The notes below the pieces were generated by a model. The model made no database searches. It saw only the letters and a list, made by a program, of their open reading frames with translations, and was not told where the DNA came from. The position numbers and the translations under genes are program-made. 64,000 nucleotides of DNA from Phaeosaccion multiseriatum (taxonomy: Eukaryota > Protista > Ochrophyta, other classes), in assembly GCA_965112735.1 (NCBI GenBank), contig OZ218950.1:558001-622000 (forward strand), in the 5' to 3' direction. This document shows positions 38,416 through 50,950 of this stretch, piece after piece (positions within the stretch are counted from its first letter, which is position 1; every line of letters begins with the position of its first letter).

Positions 38416-39315
38416 GATCGCAGCAGCAGGGGCCACGCTTGAGGTGGTGTCTGTGGGCACCTTATGTTGAACAATAGATACTTCGCCACGCCTCTTAGGT
38501 GGGCAGCATGTCCCCCTGTGTTTCTCCCTCCGGCCGGAGGCACAGTCCTCGGGACCAATTGAGCGTGTTGCCTTCTAGAAACAAGAGCGAGGTGACAAGG
38601 AGGGAGAAAGGCTGGGTGCGTGGGTGCCACAATGCCGCCACTGCTGCTGCTGCTGCTGGTGTTTCAAGGGGAGGTTTGGAAGTTGGAAAGTGCAAAGATG
38701 ATGATGTCAATGCTTTCGCAAAGGACACACGAGCACGAGGAGGGGCAAGCCCTAATCAAAAATCACTCCGCAAGAAGGGCGTGGACCGGAGGAGGAGAGA
38801 GACAGGAAAGCGAGAGCACAAGAGAGAGAGAGGGAGGGGAGCGGGAGGGAGGAGGAAGGGAATGAGGAAAATAAATCGACCGTGTTCACCTGCTCGTTCG
38901 CCTCTGCTGACTCGGTCAAGCCAGAAGCTACACCAAGAATTCTTCCTCCGCCCTCTCTTCCTACCCTACCGCCCTCACACTCCTTACAACACGCAGAACA
39001 CACCACTGTGAAGAGGTTGGGAGTTCAAAAAAAAATATGTGAAACGCCAGCTGAAACTCGCATTCTCCTAAGATTACGTAAGCTTAGAAGGAGGCTTAGT
39101 GAGCCTGTTGGCGGCAACAGAACGAGGGCGCACTTCCACCACCTGGCGCATACGAGGCGTACTTCCACCACCCTTCCCCATCACATCCATCACCGCCATT
39201 AGGGTGGCGAGGACGGTCTCCATCGCTACCGCCCCTGCTTTCCGTCCTTCAAACCTCCCCCAGAAAATTTACGCGCCCAAACGGCCCCTTCCATATACAA
39301 CCCTATTCCACAAGG

Positions 39316-40538
39316 ATGAGCGTCAGCGTGGAGCTGGCCCTCGCGCATGAGCGGGAGAAGCATGAGAACACGATCCAGCAGCAGAAGGCTCTTATTCAGC
39401 GGTACCGCCGGGAACGGGATTGCAGTCGTCAGGAGGTGGAGCTGCTGCAGCGGGAGCGAGATGAATATCGCCACCGGGCACAGCAACTCGTCTCGAGGAA
39501 GCAAATGCTGGAAGCCAAGAACAAGGAGCTGCGGAAGAGACTGAAGCTGGTGACCACCTCCAAGCGCATGCAGCACTCCTATGCGCAGCGTGCAGCACAA
39601 CCTCCACGGCCTCCGCCGCCAGCAGCCCCCCCCACAGCAGCAGCAGCAACAGCAACAACTGTACTCAAGCCGAGGGCATGGGATGACTCAGACCATGTGG
39701 CTGAGAAGAAGCACCAGCAGCCGCCGCCTCCGCCCCGGCGCAGAGAACAGGCCGGAACACCCCCCCGGTTGGTCACACCTATTGGGAATGGTGGCCCAGC
39801 AGAAAGCCGCGGCGGCAGCAGCAGCACGAGCAGGGGTAGGAGCATGAGCGGAGGGCTGCAGGTGGAAGCGGATCCCTTGTCTGCCTTGTCAGCGTCCGCT
39901 GGCACAGCGGCAGCAGCAGCGGGGGGGGGGGGCGATTTCGAAGCTGGGGCGGCGAGCAGGAAGAAGAAGAGACGGCGTGCACATTCTCCTCTGAACGAGA
40001 AGGGCAACCGCCAGGAAGGGGGAGGGAGGGAGGGAGGAGGAAGGGGGGGCGAAAAGAGCGAAGGGAAGACGAAGACGCGAAAGAGAGGGAACGAGAATGA
40101 ATATCGGGGGCAGGCCAAGACGAGTAGAGACCAAGCGTCCCGCCGAGCGGAGTCGTCATCGGTCGCCAGGGAGGGGAGGGAAAGCCAGTGGCGGAGAAGG
40201 ACGGAGGGTGGTGCTGAGGAGGAGGAGGAGGAGGAGGAGGAGGAGAAGGACGCGAGGATGGAGCAAGTCGAGTCGGCGGAGAAGGAGGGGGGAGGTGGGA
40301 AGCCGCAGCAGCAGCAGCAACAGCAGCAGCAGGAGGAGGAGAAGGTGGTGGAGGTGGTGGAGGTGGATGAGGACGATGAAGAGACCTGTATGCCTGAGGA
40401 TGAGGCTGCGGTGTTTGAGGCGTCACGGGAGAAGGCCCAGGCCAAGGCCAAGCGCGAGGGAAAGAAGAAGAAGGGCTCCTCCTCCAAGGGGCGAGGAGAG
40501 GGCGGAGCTCATCATCGAGAGGACGAGGGGGAGAAGGG

Positions 40539-40584
<46 letters not shown>

Positions 40585-41058
40585 CGCCGACGAGCCGCTC
40601 CAGCCAATCCGTACGCCACTTCGGCCTCTCGCTCCCGTGCCTCCTCTGCTGCCGCTAAGGGAAGGAAGGGACGGGGCGAGCAACAGGAGGAGGAGGAGGA
40701 GGAGGAGGAGGAGGGGGAGGGGGAGGAGGAGGAGGAGGGGGGCGGGGGGGCAGGGGAGAAGGGGAAGGGGAAGGCAAAGCAGCCGAGGGAGAAGATCATC
40801 AAATCCATAGAGGTGGTGCGAAACAAGGAGGAGCGGCGCAAGCTGCCTGGGTGGGACTGCGAGAACTGCCGCGACTGGTACAACATGTGCGAGAAGGAGG
40901 GTATCATTCTGGACCGCACCAAGGCCCTGAACGACTGCTCCAGGCACCGCAGCAAGTACCGGGTGCAGGAGACCCCCGACGGGTTTTGGGACTTGTCCTT
41001 CGCTGACGAGAAGCAGGACACACCTGTGGCAAGCCCGCTGGAGCTGTCCGAGTTTTGA
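39316..41058 (+). CDS. SAE2: DNA end-resection factor SAE2/CtIP/COM1 homologue, single exon
   Basis: N-terminal coiled coil; C-terminal EVVRNKEERRKLPGWDCENCRDWY...CSRHR...TPDGFWDLSF has the CxxC, RHR and TPxGFW motifs. Confidence 0.92.
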
Positions 41059-42246
41059 GGTGGTCTGAGGATGCAGCAGTCGAGGGGGCGGTCGGGCGGC
41101 GGGCCGAGCCCTCTTACGTGCTTGTATATATATATATGTGTGTGTTGTGTGTGTGCGTGTGTGATGTGTGTATGTGTGTTGGTGCGTGTGTGTGTGTGGC
41201 TGATATTTTCTTCTTGTCTATCCCTTTCTCCCGCTCTCCTCCCTCTCTCTATTATGCTGTGTATGTGCACCCATTACGTATAGTGCGTGCGTGTCTGGGG
41301 TGGGTGGGTGGGTGGGTGGGTGGGTGAGTGGGTGGGTAGGTCGCAGAGCACTTGCTCGCTGCGGCGAGGAAACCTTCCACGTTGTTGACTGTCTTAGTCC
41401 CTCGTGTTGCCTTGCCTTGTTTTGACCACTCGCCCCCCCGCTTCCGGCAACGCTGTGACAGCGCAGAGCGGGGAGTCGTTCGGGTGGTCATTGATCATCA
41501 CACGCAGCAATGCACCGGACAGGCAGGCAGGCACCCGTCCTCCCTCCCGTCCTAGAGCCTGCGTTGATACGCTAGCCTAGCTCAACATAAGAATCGATAA
41601 GAACGAATTCCCCCCCCCTAGTAGTAGGTGCTGGCTTCTTGAGGCGCCGCTCGAGCTAGGGTGGGTGGCGGTCTCTCAACAGGCCGAGCCGTCCTTTGCT
41701 CAACTTTGTGGTCCCTTCAAGTGCTGGTCGTGTCTTCATTCGCCCCGTCAGTTCCGGTTATGTGCTGAGAGAGGTGAAAGAATCAAGTCAGGTGTACCCG
41801 TCGAAATTTCAGCTGGCGGGCATTTTTTTGGAGGGTTGAGAGGGATTGATTATGAGAAAGTGACAAGGCACAGTGGCCACACACAGCACACAAGGGGGCC
41901 TCGGGCGGCGATTATAGGGAGCAGCAGCGTCGTAGGCTTGTCAGGACGGGCCCGTAGGCTACTCTAAGGCCAAGCTTTACGCTGCGCTTCCGTGCAAAGG
42001 TTGCAGGCCTCGCTGTTGGCAAATTTGAAAGAAAGGCGTGAGCAAGTGGGGAGAAGAGAAGGCTAAGGGAGTGTTGCATTCGGCGTGGGTGAGGCGCTCT
42101 GCTCTCCCCTTGCGGTAGTGAGAAAGGGGTGAGGAGGGGGGGGGGGGGCGAGAGGTGGCCAAGGTGGAGAGCAGGGGAGGGAGGAGCAACACACAGGAGC
42201 AACACAGAGGAGGAACAAAAAGAAAAGTTAGGAAAGAGGAGAGACG

Positions 42247-44493
42247 ATGCGGAAAACCTCTTTGGAGGGTGCGTCGGCGGCGGGGCAGGCGACTCTGGTG
42301 TCAGCTGTGCTGGTGGTGAAGGGAGGGGCCTCGGCAGAAACTCTGGGAAATGCGCTTCTTTTGGCCGCTGAGAAGGGACACATCGCTACAGTCGAGGTGA
42401 GGAAAGGAGAGGGAGGCAGGGGAAGGCTGCAACCGTGTCACCTGTGCCCCCCATCGCATGGCCTTCCTTCTCCCTCGCTACCCCTCCTTCGTTGCTGCTT
42501 TGCTCACCCAAGGGAGAAAAGAAAAGCACAACCGTGCCACGCTAACTTCTTTGCTCTCCCCCACTCACAGGTCTTGCTTGACGCGGGCGCGAAGCCCACA
42601 GAGCCACACCACAGGGGTTCTAAGCGCACAACAGCCCTGCACGAGGCGGCCGCAAACGGGCACTCCGAAGTGCTCAAGCTCTTCATCCGAAGGCTTCAAA
42701 GCCAAAAGCCTCCTCTGGACGCGCCTCCTCCTCCTCCTCCGCAGCCAGGAGGTCTGAGTCCAGGAGAAGGGGGGAGCTCTCTCCCGAACTCGCTCGACGT
42801 GAACACCAGAGATGGCAAGGGCAGGACTGCTCTGCATCGAGCCGCCAAGGGAGGCCACTTTGAGGCGGTGCAGGTGGGTGAGGGAGGGGATTCTGTGGCT
42901 TCGTCTGGTGTGCCTTCCTTCTCTCTCTCTCTCTTTGCCCCTTTTGTCTCTGAGTCCCTCTGGTCTCACTTTCCTCGCCCCTCCCTCCCTTTCTCCCTCT
43001 CATCCTCTCCTCTCCTGACCCTCCCTCCCTCTCTCACCTCTCCTCTTCGGCACCCCCCTCCCTCCTCCCCCCCAAATACCTAACAGGAGCTCTTGGACTG
43101 TCCTGAAGTTGATCATCTCACCTCCCTCGACAAGAAGGGAGACCTTCCCGTCGTCAAAGCAGTGCAGCGGGAACATCCGCACATCCTTCAGCTCTTCTTG
43201 GAAGCAGGTGCCGCAGATGCCGTTCTGGAGAACGGGGGAGGAGGCGTCAACCCGGACACTACTATCGGCTCCTCTTCTTCTTCTTTCGACCACGGCAAGC
43301 ACCGTACCACCAACTCGCCCACCTGGAACACAAATCTGTCTGGGGCAGCGGCGCAGCGGAGCATGGAACCGCTTTCTCCGGCGGCGCAGCTACGAATGAT
43401 ACGGTTGAGAGGGAGTGGGGGTGGGGGTGGCACCGTCGTCGGATGTCTGCTACTCCGAGAGGCGGTGGAGGCGGGGTGGGTGGAGGTGAGTGAGTGAGTG
43501 AGTGAGTGATTGAGTGCGTGGGTGCGTGAGTGAGTGAGGGAGTGAGGGAGTGAGTGAGTGTGAGTGAGTGAGTGAGTGAGTGAGTGAGTGGAAGGTGAAT
43601 GATGGGATAGAGATGGATGCGATGTCCCCTCTGTCTGCCACTTCAAACTGCACGAGCATAACCCCACTCGACCCCACCCCCCCTCCACCCCCACGCGTAC
43701 ACACACACAATCACATTTCACATGTCACTCACAAATGGCACATGATACACAATACCATGGTGGATGAGTAGGGTGTGGAGCTGCTGCTGCAGAACGTGAG
43801 CGTGCTTGCCACCATCAACGACCTCGTCAACGGCCACGCCGCTTTGCACCTCGCCGCCAAGGGTGGCAACATCGACATCGTCATGGCTCTGCTGCAGAGT
43901 GGCGCTCAGGTATGTAATTCAGTATGTAACACCTTACGTAATCGTAACGTCTTTGCCTCCCGCGCCTTCGTACTCTATGTGTACCTTCACTGACATACGA
44001 AGAAGTGTGTTCTCAGTGACACACGGAAGAAGTGTGTTGTGTGTGCGCGTCGTCCGGAGATCGGGGGAGTTGGGGGATCTTGTGTGCATGAATGAACGAA
44101 TGGAGGGATGAAATCGGTCCACATTGCAAGGAACAACGCCCACCCACTGAACACCTTCACACCAGCGAATCACCCTTCCACTCACCCTATCCACCTTCCC
44201 ACTCACCCCACTTACACGCTCACCCACCCACACGTACGCTCACCCACCCACGAACCTACCCACCCACCCACTCTCTCACCCAAAGGTGACCGTGGAGGAC
44301 AGCTCCGGTGGCTCGGCCCTTCACCACGCCGTGCGAGGCAAGCGTAGAGACGCCGCCCGCCTCCTCCTCGCAGTGGGGGGCAACATGCACACGCCGGACT
44401 CAAAGGGCTGTTCGCCCTTCTCCCTCGCAGACGCGGGCCTCAAGAAGATCATCCGGCAGCTCAACGAGGATCGACAGGTGTGTGTGTGTGTGT

Positions 44494-44544
<51 letters not shown>

Positions 44545-47500
44545 TGTTTGTGTTTGTGTTTGTGCGTGTGCGTGCGTGCGTGCATGCGTGCCGCATTGTC
44601 TCTCTTTCTCTGTGTGTGCCTCTCTCTCCCTCTCTGTGTGTGCCTCTCTCTCCCTCTCTGTGTTGGTGTCTCTGTCTGCCTGTCTTTGTGTGTTTCTCTC
44701 TTGTCTGTCTCTTCTCTCTCGTTCTCTCTCTCTCTCATCTTGTCTTCTCTCACCCCCCCCCCCGCCCCGCCCCGTTCTCCCTCCCCACACATACTCCAAC
44801 TCACAGGCCGTACTGAAGAACCAATCCCAAAGCCTGCTCATACAGTCTCTCCAGCGAGCAGTGCGGGATGGCAGCCCACGGCGAGTCCTGGAGAGCTTGG
44901 GCCTCCTTCATAACGTGGGCATCCCCGCCATTGAAGCACAACTCAGTCTCGCCAGTCTTGCTCCTCAGACTCGGGGTGGGGCGTCACCAGGAGGAGGACC
45001 ATTGTCGTGCCGATCCGGAAACCCCTTGTCTTTACCCACGGGGGTGTCGCCTCGGGCGGCGGGGGAGGCACTATCTTCTCCGGGGGGGCTTTCCTCGGCG
45101 TCGTGTTCTACACGTGGTGGTGGTACGATGAACAACCCCTCGCTGGGGGCCTCTCTTCTTCACGACGCACTCATGCCTCCAGGGCTCTCGACCCCGTCCA
45201 AGGCAGCTGCCATGGCCATGTTTGGTGGTGGTGGTGGTGGTGGTTTCCACGACGGTATTCTTGGAAGCCCTCTCCGTAGTCCGCAGCAGCAGCAGCAACA
45301 AGAGCAGCACGGGCAGCAGGGTGGCCCAGTCTTGGGCCTTCAGCCCCAACTAGTGCAGGGTTCGCCGCTAAATCGCGATCGAATCGTCATCCTGCTGCTG
45401 CGCCAAGGGGCGGATGTAGAGTACCTGGGCAGGTCAGTGAGTGTGCTTGGCAGTAGGGCTGTAGTGGTGTGTGGTGGTGCTTGTGCGCCCCTCTTTTCTG
45501 ACTGGTTGGTCTTTCGTTATGGCTCCTCTCTCATGCATGCTACTTCGTAGTATTATTCATTGTATACCCAATTCCCCGCCCTGTCCTGTCACCCCCGACT
45601 CATCTCCCTCCCCTCTCTCTCTGTCCCCTTTCTCTTCCTCACTCTCTGCCACTCCATCCCTCCCCCCCTCCCATCTCCCTCTCTCTCCCTTCCCCACCCC
45701 TCCCTCCCTCCCCCCCCCCTCGTTTCTCTCTCTATCTGCCCTCAGCCCGGATCTGAACCCCGTGAAGCGTACTCCCCTGCACCTTGCCGTGGTTGCAGGT
45801 CGGGCTCTTGCTGTTGAGGTGTTGCTCGACAGCGCCGCTGACTTTAGAGCTGCAGATGCGCAGGGTAAGACCCCGTTGGACTTGGCATTAGAGGAGCTGC
45901 AGCGGCAAGAGGAAGAGACCTCTTTCAATGGGACGGGACTGGAGCCCCCCTCTGGGCAGCAGCACTTGCTGATACAGCAGCAGCAGTTGGTGCTACAGCA
46001 GCAGGCGCGGCGTAGGCAGACAGGCTATGTGAGCGACAGCAGCAGCGGCAGTGCCACGGGTATGGGCGGCTTGTTCGAGCTGAGGCGTATCGTCGATGTG
46101 CTGCAGAAGGCAGGGGCCCGGATATCCACGGTGAGTGAGGGAGGGAGGGAGGGAGTGAGTGAGTGATGGAGGGAGGGAGGGAGGGAGTACACATCCTTCC
46201 TTGATTGATGTATGGCCCCTCGTCCCCTCCCGAGAGACCCGAAAGGTCAAAAGAAAACGCCCGGACCCAAGACACAAGGGCACAAGTCCAGTCCTCGAGT
46301 CCTCGGTCTGCTCCAGTCACCCTCTCCAATTACTAAACTCCGTTGTTTGCCGCACAACGAAACGCCCTGACTTGTCTTCGCAGGTGACGGAAATCGCCCT
46401 GCAGCTGCTGGCAGGAGGCGACTGGGAGGCAGCCGCCGACGGATTAGAGGCATATGGAGAGGCCCACCCCGCGGAGGATGCCAAGGTCCATACCCTATTG
46501 GCAGAGATTCTCTTCCACCGTGTGCGGGAGGAGGAGGAGGAGCGAAGGCAGTGGAGGAGGGCTGAGAGGAGGGCAGAGAGAAGAAGGAGGGAGGAGGAAG
46601 GAGGTGATGGATATGATGGAGGAGGAGGAGGAGGAGGAGGAGGAGGAGGAGGTGGTGGAGGGGGAGGAGGCGAAGACCGCGCCAGAGCCCACAGCCGTGC
46701 TAGCAGCGGTGGCAGCGGCGGCAGCGGCGGTGGTGGGCAGTCCACCGCAGAGAGCGATGCGCTGATGGAGAGGGCGAGGCGCACATACGCCGTGTGGATG
46801 GCTGCCATTGAGCGCGGGAAGGCAAGTGCCAGTGGGGGCGGTGGTAACAGCGCGGCGAGCGCTGCACCGTCCACGTCCACGACCCCGCCGTCGCCCCCGG
46901 CGGCCACAGCCACAGCAGTTGGTCATACAGCTGTACCAGTTGAAGCGCCTGGTCCATCCTCTGCCGTCGCTGCCAACGAGGAGGGTGCACCACATGCGCA
47001 AGCGCCCGGAGCAGAATCTGTAGCAGAATCTGTAGCAGATTCTACACCACCACACTCTCGATCATCGTCATCATCCTTGGGTCCAGCAGCCCAACCTCGA
47101 CCGCCCATCGCAACTTCGATTCTGGAGCCGCTCCGCCACCGCGGCTTGCTGTACCATATCTACGGTTACCCCCTGCTGGCCCTAGAGGACCTTTGCCGTT
47201 ACACACACCTGCTCAAGAGAGAGGCAGTTCTGGCCAATGGGGCACTCTCCTCGTGGGACAGTCAGGTGATGGTTAGCCTGGACAGTGTGCTAGCCACGCT
47301 GTGTCGCTCTAGGGAGGGCGCGGAGGAGGGGCTTGTCGTGTTGGACAGACTGGCGGCTTCACAACTGGCAGAACTCGAGGCCTCACAAAAGGTACTGTTT
47401 CCTTCGGGCCAGGAGGCTCAACAACAGCAGCACCAGGAGGAGAAGGAGCACGAGGACGGAGGAGTGGACGGAGATGGAAGCAGCATAGTGCCTCTGCCAC

Positions 47501-49068
47501 CACTACAATGGCACGACAATGCGACAGATGGAGGAGGAGGAGGAGGAGGAGGAGGAGGAGGGGGAGGAGGAGGAGGAGGAGGAGGAGGAGGAGGAGGAGG
47601 AGGAGCAGAAGGAGGGGGAAGAGAAGAAGAAGAAGGAGGAGGAGGAGGAGGAGGAGGAGGAGGAGGAGGAGGGGGAGAAGAAGAAGAAGAAGAAGAAGAA
47701 GAAGAAGGAGGAGGAGGGGCAGGAGGAGGAGGAACAGGAGGAGGAGTGCCAGGAGGAGGAGCAACAGCAGCAGGAGGAGGACCCCGTCTGTACTTCGTCT
47801 CGCCGGAGATGCTCATATGTAAGGCGCAGCTTCTGGTCCGTCTGGAGCAGTACGAGGAAGCCCTCGGCCTCTTGCAAGAAGAGCGACTGCAAGTTCGGCT
47901 ACCGCGCAACGCCCTTGGCTTTGAGCTTCGAGCACACTGTTGGCGAATGGTGGGCAATCAGGAAGAGGAGATTGAGGATTTGGACGGATTAGTCGAAGTC
48001 ATGGAGGACGGGGCCGGCAAGGGTGAAGGCTTGCGTAGGGCGTACCGGCTCAGGGCTGCTTGTTTGGAGCGGTTGGGGTTGAGCCTTGAGGCGTTGGAGG
48101 ATAGGATTCGGGCGGAGGACCTCGGTGGGGGGGATGGGCGTGGGGGCAGGCACGGGCGCCGAGGTGGAGGTGGGGGTGGCGGTCGGGGTGGGCATGTGAG
48201 TGGGCGTGGGGGTTGGGGCGCAGGAGGAGGAGGAGGAGGAGAGGGGGGGGGGGAGGAGGAGGAGGAGGGGTGGCAGCAGCAGCTGAAGCAGCAGCAGCAG
48301 CAGCAGCAGGAACAGGAGGAGGAGGTGGTGGGGGAGGAGGAGGAGGAGGAGGAGGAGGAGGAGGAGAAGGAGGAGAAGGAGGAGGAGCAGCAGCAGGAGG
48401 AGGAGCAGCAGGAGGAGGAGCAGCAGCAGCAGGAGGAGGAGGAGGAGGGGGGTGAGGAGAAGGAGGGGTTGGAAGAGGAGGAAGGGGAGGAGGAGGAGGG
48501 TGAGGAGGAGGAAGAGGAGGATGAAGAGGAGCATGGGGGGGGGGAAGAGGAAGAGGGAGGGGAGGAGGAGGAAGAGGAGGAGCCGGAGGAGGAGGAGGAG
48601 GAGGAGGAGGAGGAGGAGGAGGAGGAGGAGGAGGAGGAGGAGGAGGAGGAGGAGGGGGATGAGGTGGAGGAGGGGGAGGAGGAAGGGGAGGAAGAGGAGG
48701 AAGGGGAGGAGGAGGAGGGTGAGGAGGAGGAAGAAGAGGAGGATGAAGAGGAGCATGGGGGGGGGGAAGAGGAAGAGGGAGGGGAGGAGGAGGAAGAGGA
48801 GGAGGAGGAGGAGGAGGAGGAGGAAGAGGAGGAGCCAGAGGAGGAGGAGGAGGAGGAGGAGGAGCAGGAGGAGGAGCTTGAGGAGGTGCAGGAGGAGGAG
48901 GAGGAGGAGGAGGAGGAGGGGTTGGAAGAGGAGCAGGAGGAGGAAGGAACCGGAGGAGCGATGAACAACAGCGTGTCTATGGATGATTCAGGGATTAGTA
49001 GCAGCTCCTCGCACTCTCAGGAGGATGCTGGTGCCGGGCCCGTGCTGGGCGGTGCTGACTCGGAGTGA
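42247..49068 (+). CDS. Ankyrin-repeat protein with TPR-like helical region and very long Glu-rich tail (about 8 exons)
   Basis: ANK repeats include TALHEAAANGHSEVLKL, TALHRAAKGGHFEAVQELL, ALHLAAKGGNIDIVMALL, SALHHAVRGK and TPLHLAVVAGRALAVEVLL. The last exon (46384-49068) has TPR-like CKAQLLVRLEQYEEAL and AYRLRAACLERLGLSLEALED. The start is uncertain. Confidence 0.8.
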
Positions 49069-50828
49069 GCCCCTACCTCGCGCGAACGAAATCTTGAGCC
49101 CTCATTTACACTCTTGTTTGTAAAGAAACTCACCACTGCACGTGGAAATACATCAAAATTCACACACAGCACGTTCATAAGCCCCCAAGTCACAGTTACT
49201 CGGCCCCTTCCACAGCAGTGAAGCGATGTGGGTGGCGACTGTTTTCATCAAGGTCCATCACGTGTATTGACTTACTCTACTCTTCACACTCATTGCACAC
49301 ACCAAGCCTCAAGCTTCACCACGGCGAAGGCGATACGGCGGACGGAAGCCATCGGGTCACTAAATCCCAAGTCCCGAGCTATCAGCAGCAGGGCCCTCCA
49401 CACGCACGCACGCTCGCAGCGCCTTCCGTCCGCGCCTCTTCTTCTCACTCGCCGTCACCATGCTCTCCTCCAGCACCGCCCACTCCTCCTTCAGCTTGTC
49501 GTCATCATCATCCTCCCCTGCTCCTGAGCGATAGCGGTGGTAGGCAGACACAAAGCCTCGGATCGTGCTCTCCAGGCTCGCCCCCTTCCTCTTTGTGCGC
49601 ACAGCGAGGTGGGGCAGCAGCAACACTTTACTCCGGCCCACAGCCACCACCACGCCATTCGATAGCTCCCTGCCCCGACGGCCGCAGAAGGCCGTGGCAG
49701 CATCAGCCCCGCCATCTTCCAGCCCTCTCCACAGGTCGCAGGGCAGTTGAATCTCGTCCCCGACATGAAGCCCCAGCCCCGCAAGCAAACCCACCCCATT
49801 CCCATCCTCCAGTGCCTCCTTCCTCTCCTCCCCTCCCCCAGGCATTGAAGGGGCGCATTTCGCCCTCTTGCTTCCTCTCTCATTGATGTCCTCCGCAGCT
49901 CCTCGCTTGGGCACAGGCGTACAACGGGCAATCTCCTCCTTCTGCTCCGCTCCCTCCCTCTTCACTCGTGCATGCCTCAGGCACATCCCCCCTTGCTTCC
50001 GATGCTTCTCGCACCCCTCAACAGTACACCTCTTCACCACAGCTCCATGGCCCTGGCAAAGTCCTCCTTGGATCCGCTGCTTCTTGCAACCCTCAACAGT
50101 ACACCTCTTCCGTACCACCACAGCACCGTGGGCCACGCAAAGTCCTCCTTGGACCCGATGCTTGTCGCACCCCTCAACAGTACACCCCTTCACCACAGCA
50201 CCGTGCCCAAGGCAAAGTCCTCCCTGTTTCGACTGCTTCTCGCACCCCTCAACAGTACACCCCTTCCTCACAGCCCCGTGGGCCAGGCAAAGTCCCCCCT
50301 GTTGCGACTGCTTCTCACACCCCTCAACAGTACACCTCTTCACCACCATCACAGCTCCATGGCCCTGGCAAAGTCCTCCCTGTCGCGACTGCTTCTCGCA
50401 CCCCTCAACAGTACACTTCTTCCGCATTCTCACAACTCCGCGCCCTTCAAACAATCCTCCTTGCACCTCCTTCGCGTTTCTTCAAAAGCATATAAGCCCT
50501 CCCCCGTGGACAAGAAGGCTCTTACAGCCCTTCCTTCACTGTCTGTCGTGGTCAAGAGGAGAGAGAGAAGTCGAATGCTGATGTACCAACTTGAAGGCCT
50601 CCAAGCCCGCCCATCGTGAAGACAAAGGAGGATAGATCCCCTTGCGTCCAGCCCAAGCGGTCTTGGAAAAGAAGAGGACAGAAGGTTGTAAAAGAGAATG
50701 TTCAAGACCGGGATGTGAGGGGAATACACTTCTTAGGGAGGAGAGGGAGAGAAAGAAGGATTGTTGAAGGTTGGGGCCCAGGAACATGCGATCTAGTTTC
50801 AGTTTCAGCTTAGTGGATCTGGACGAGG
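48961..50828. repeat. Segmental duplication, copy A (paralogous to 53620-55139 + 61897-62388)
   Basis: Near-identical sequence from ATGAACAACAGCG through GTGGATCTGGACGAG in both places. Confidence 0.93.
49360..50427 (-). CDS. Zinc-finger array protein, copy A: 6 x C-x4-C-x9-C-x2-H repeats (WRKY19-like finger) plus a unique C-terminal domain
   Basis: Repeats CTVEGC(E/D/K)K(Q/H)xxQGGLCxxHG; ATG of MRKKC at 50427; ORF uninterrupted. Confidence 0.8.
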   Translation of the reverse strand: MRKKCTVEGCEKQSRQGGLCQGHGAVMVVKRCTVEGCEKQSQQGGLCLAHGAVRKGCTVEGCEKQSKQGGLCLGHGAVVKGCTVEGCDKHRVQGGLCVAHGAVVVRKRCTVEGCKKQRIQGGLCQGHGAVVKRCTVEGCEKHRKQGGMCLRHARVKREGAEQKEEIARCTPVPKRGAAEDINERGSKRAKCAPSMPGGGEERKEALEDGNGVGLLAGLGLHVGDEIQLPCDLWRGLEDGGADAATAFCGRRGRELSNGVVVAVGRSKVLLLPHLAVRTKRKGASLESTIRGFVSAYHRYRSGAGEDDDDDKLKEEWAVLEESMVTASEKKRRGRKALRACVRVEGPAADSSGLGI

Positions 50829-50950
50829 AGCCCAGCTGGTCGAAGAACACAGAGCAAACACTCCCGACGGGTTCTTGGGACTTTACGAGGCCCAAAGACT
50901 GAGGACGATACAACGCTTGCCTTGTGTCAAGAACAAGAGCTTCCTCACGA

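Noticed and set aside
47309-48968. Poly-Leu, poly-Ser and poly-Arg ORFs overlapping the ankyrin gene tail, and similar short ORFs across the window
   Set aside because: Stop-free alternative frames of GAG/GGA/GT/CCCT repeats with no independent coding evidence.
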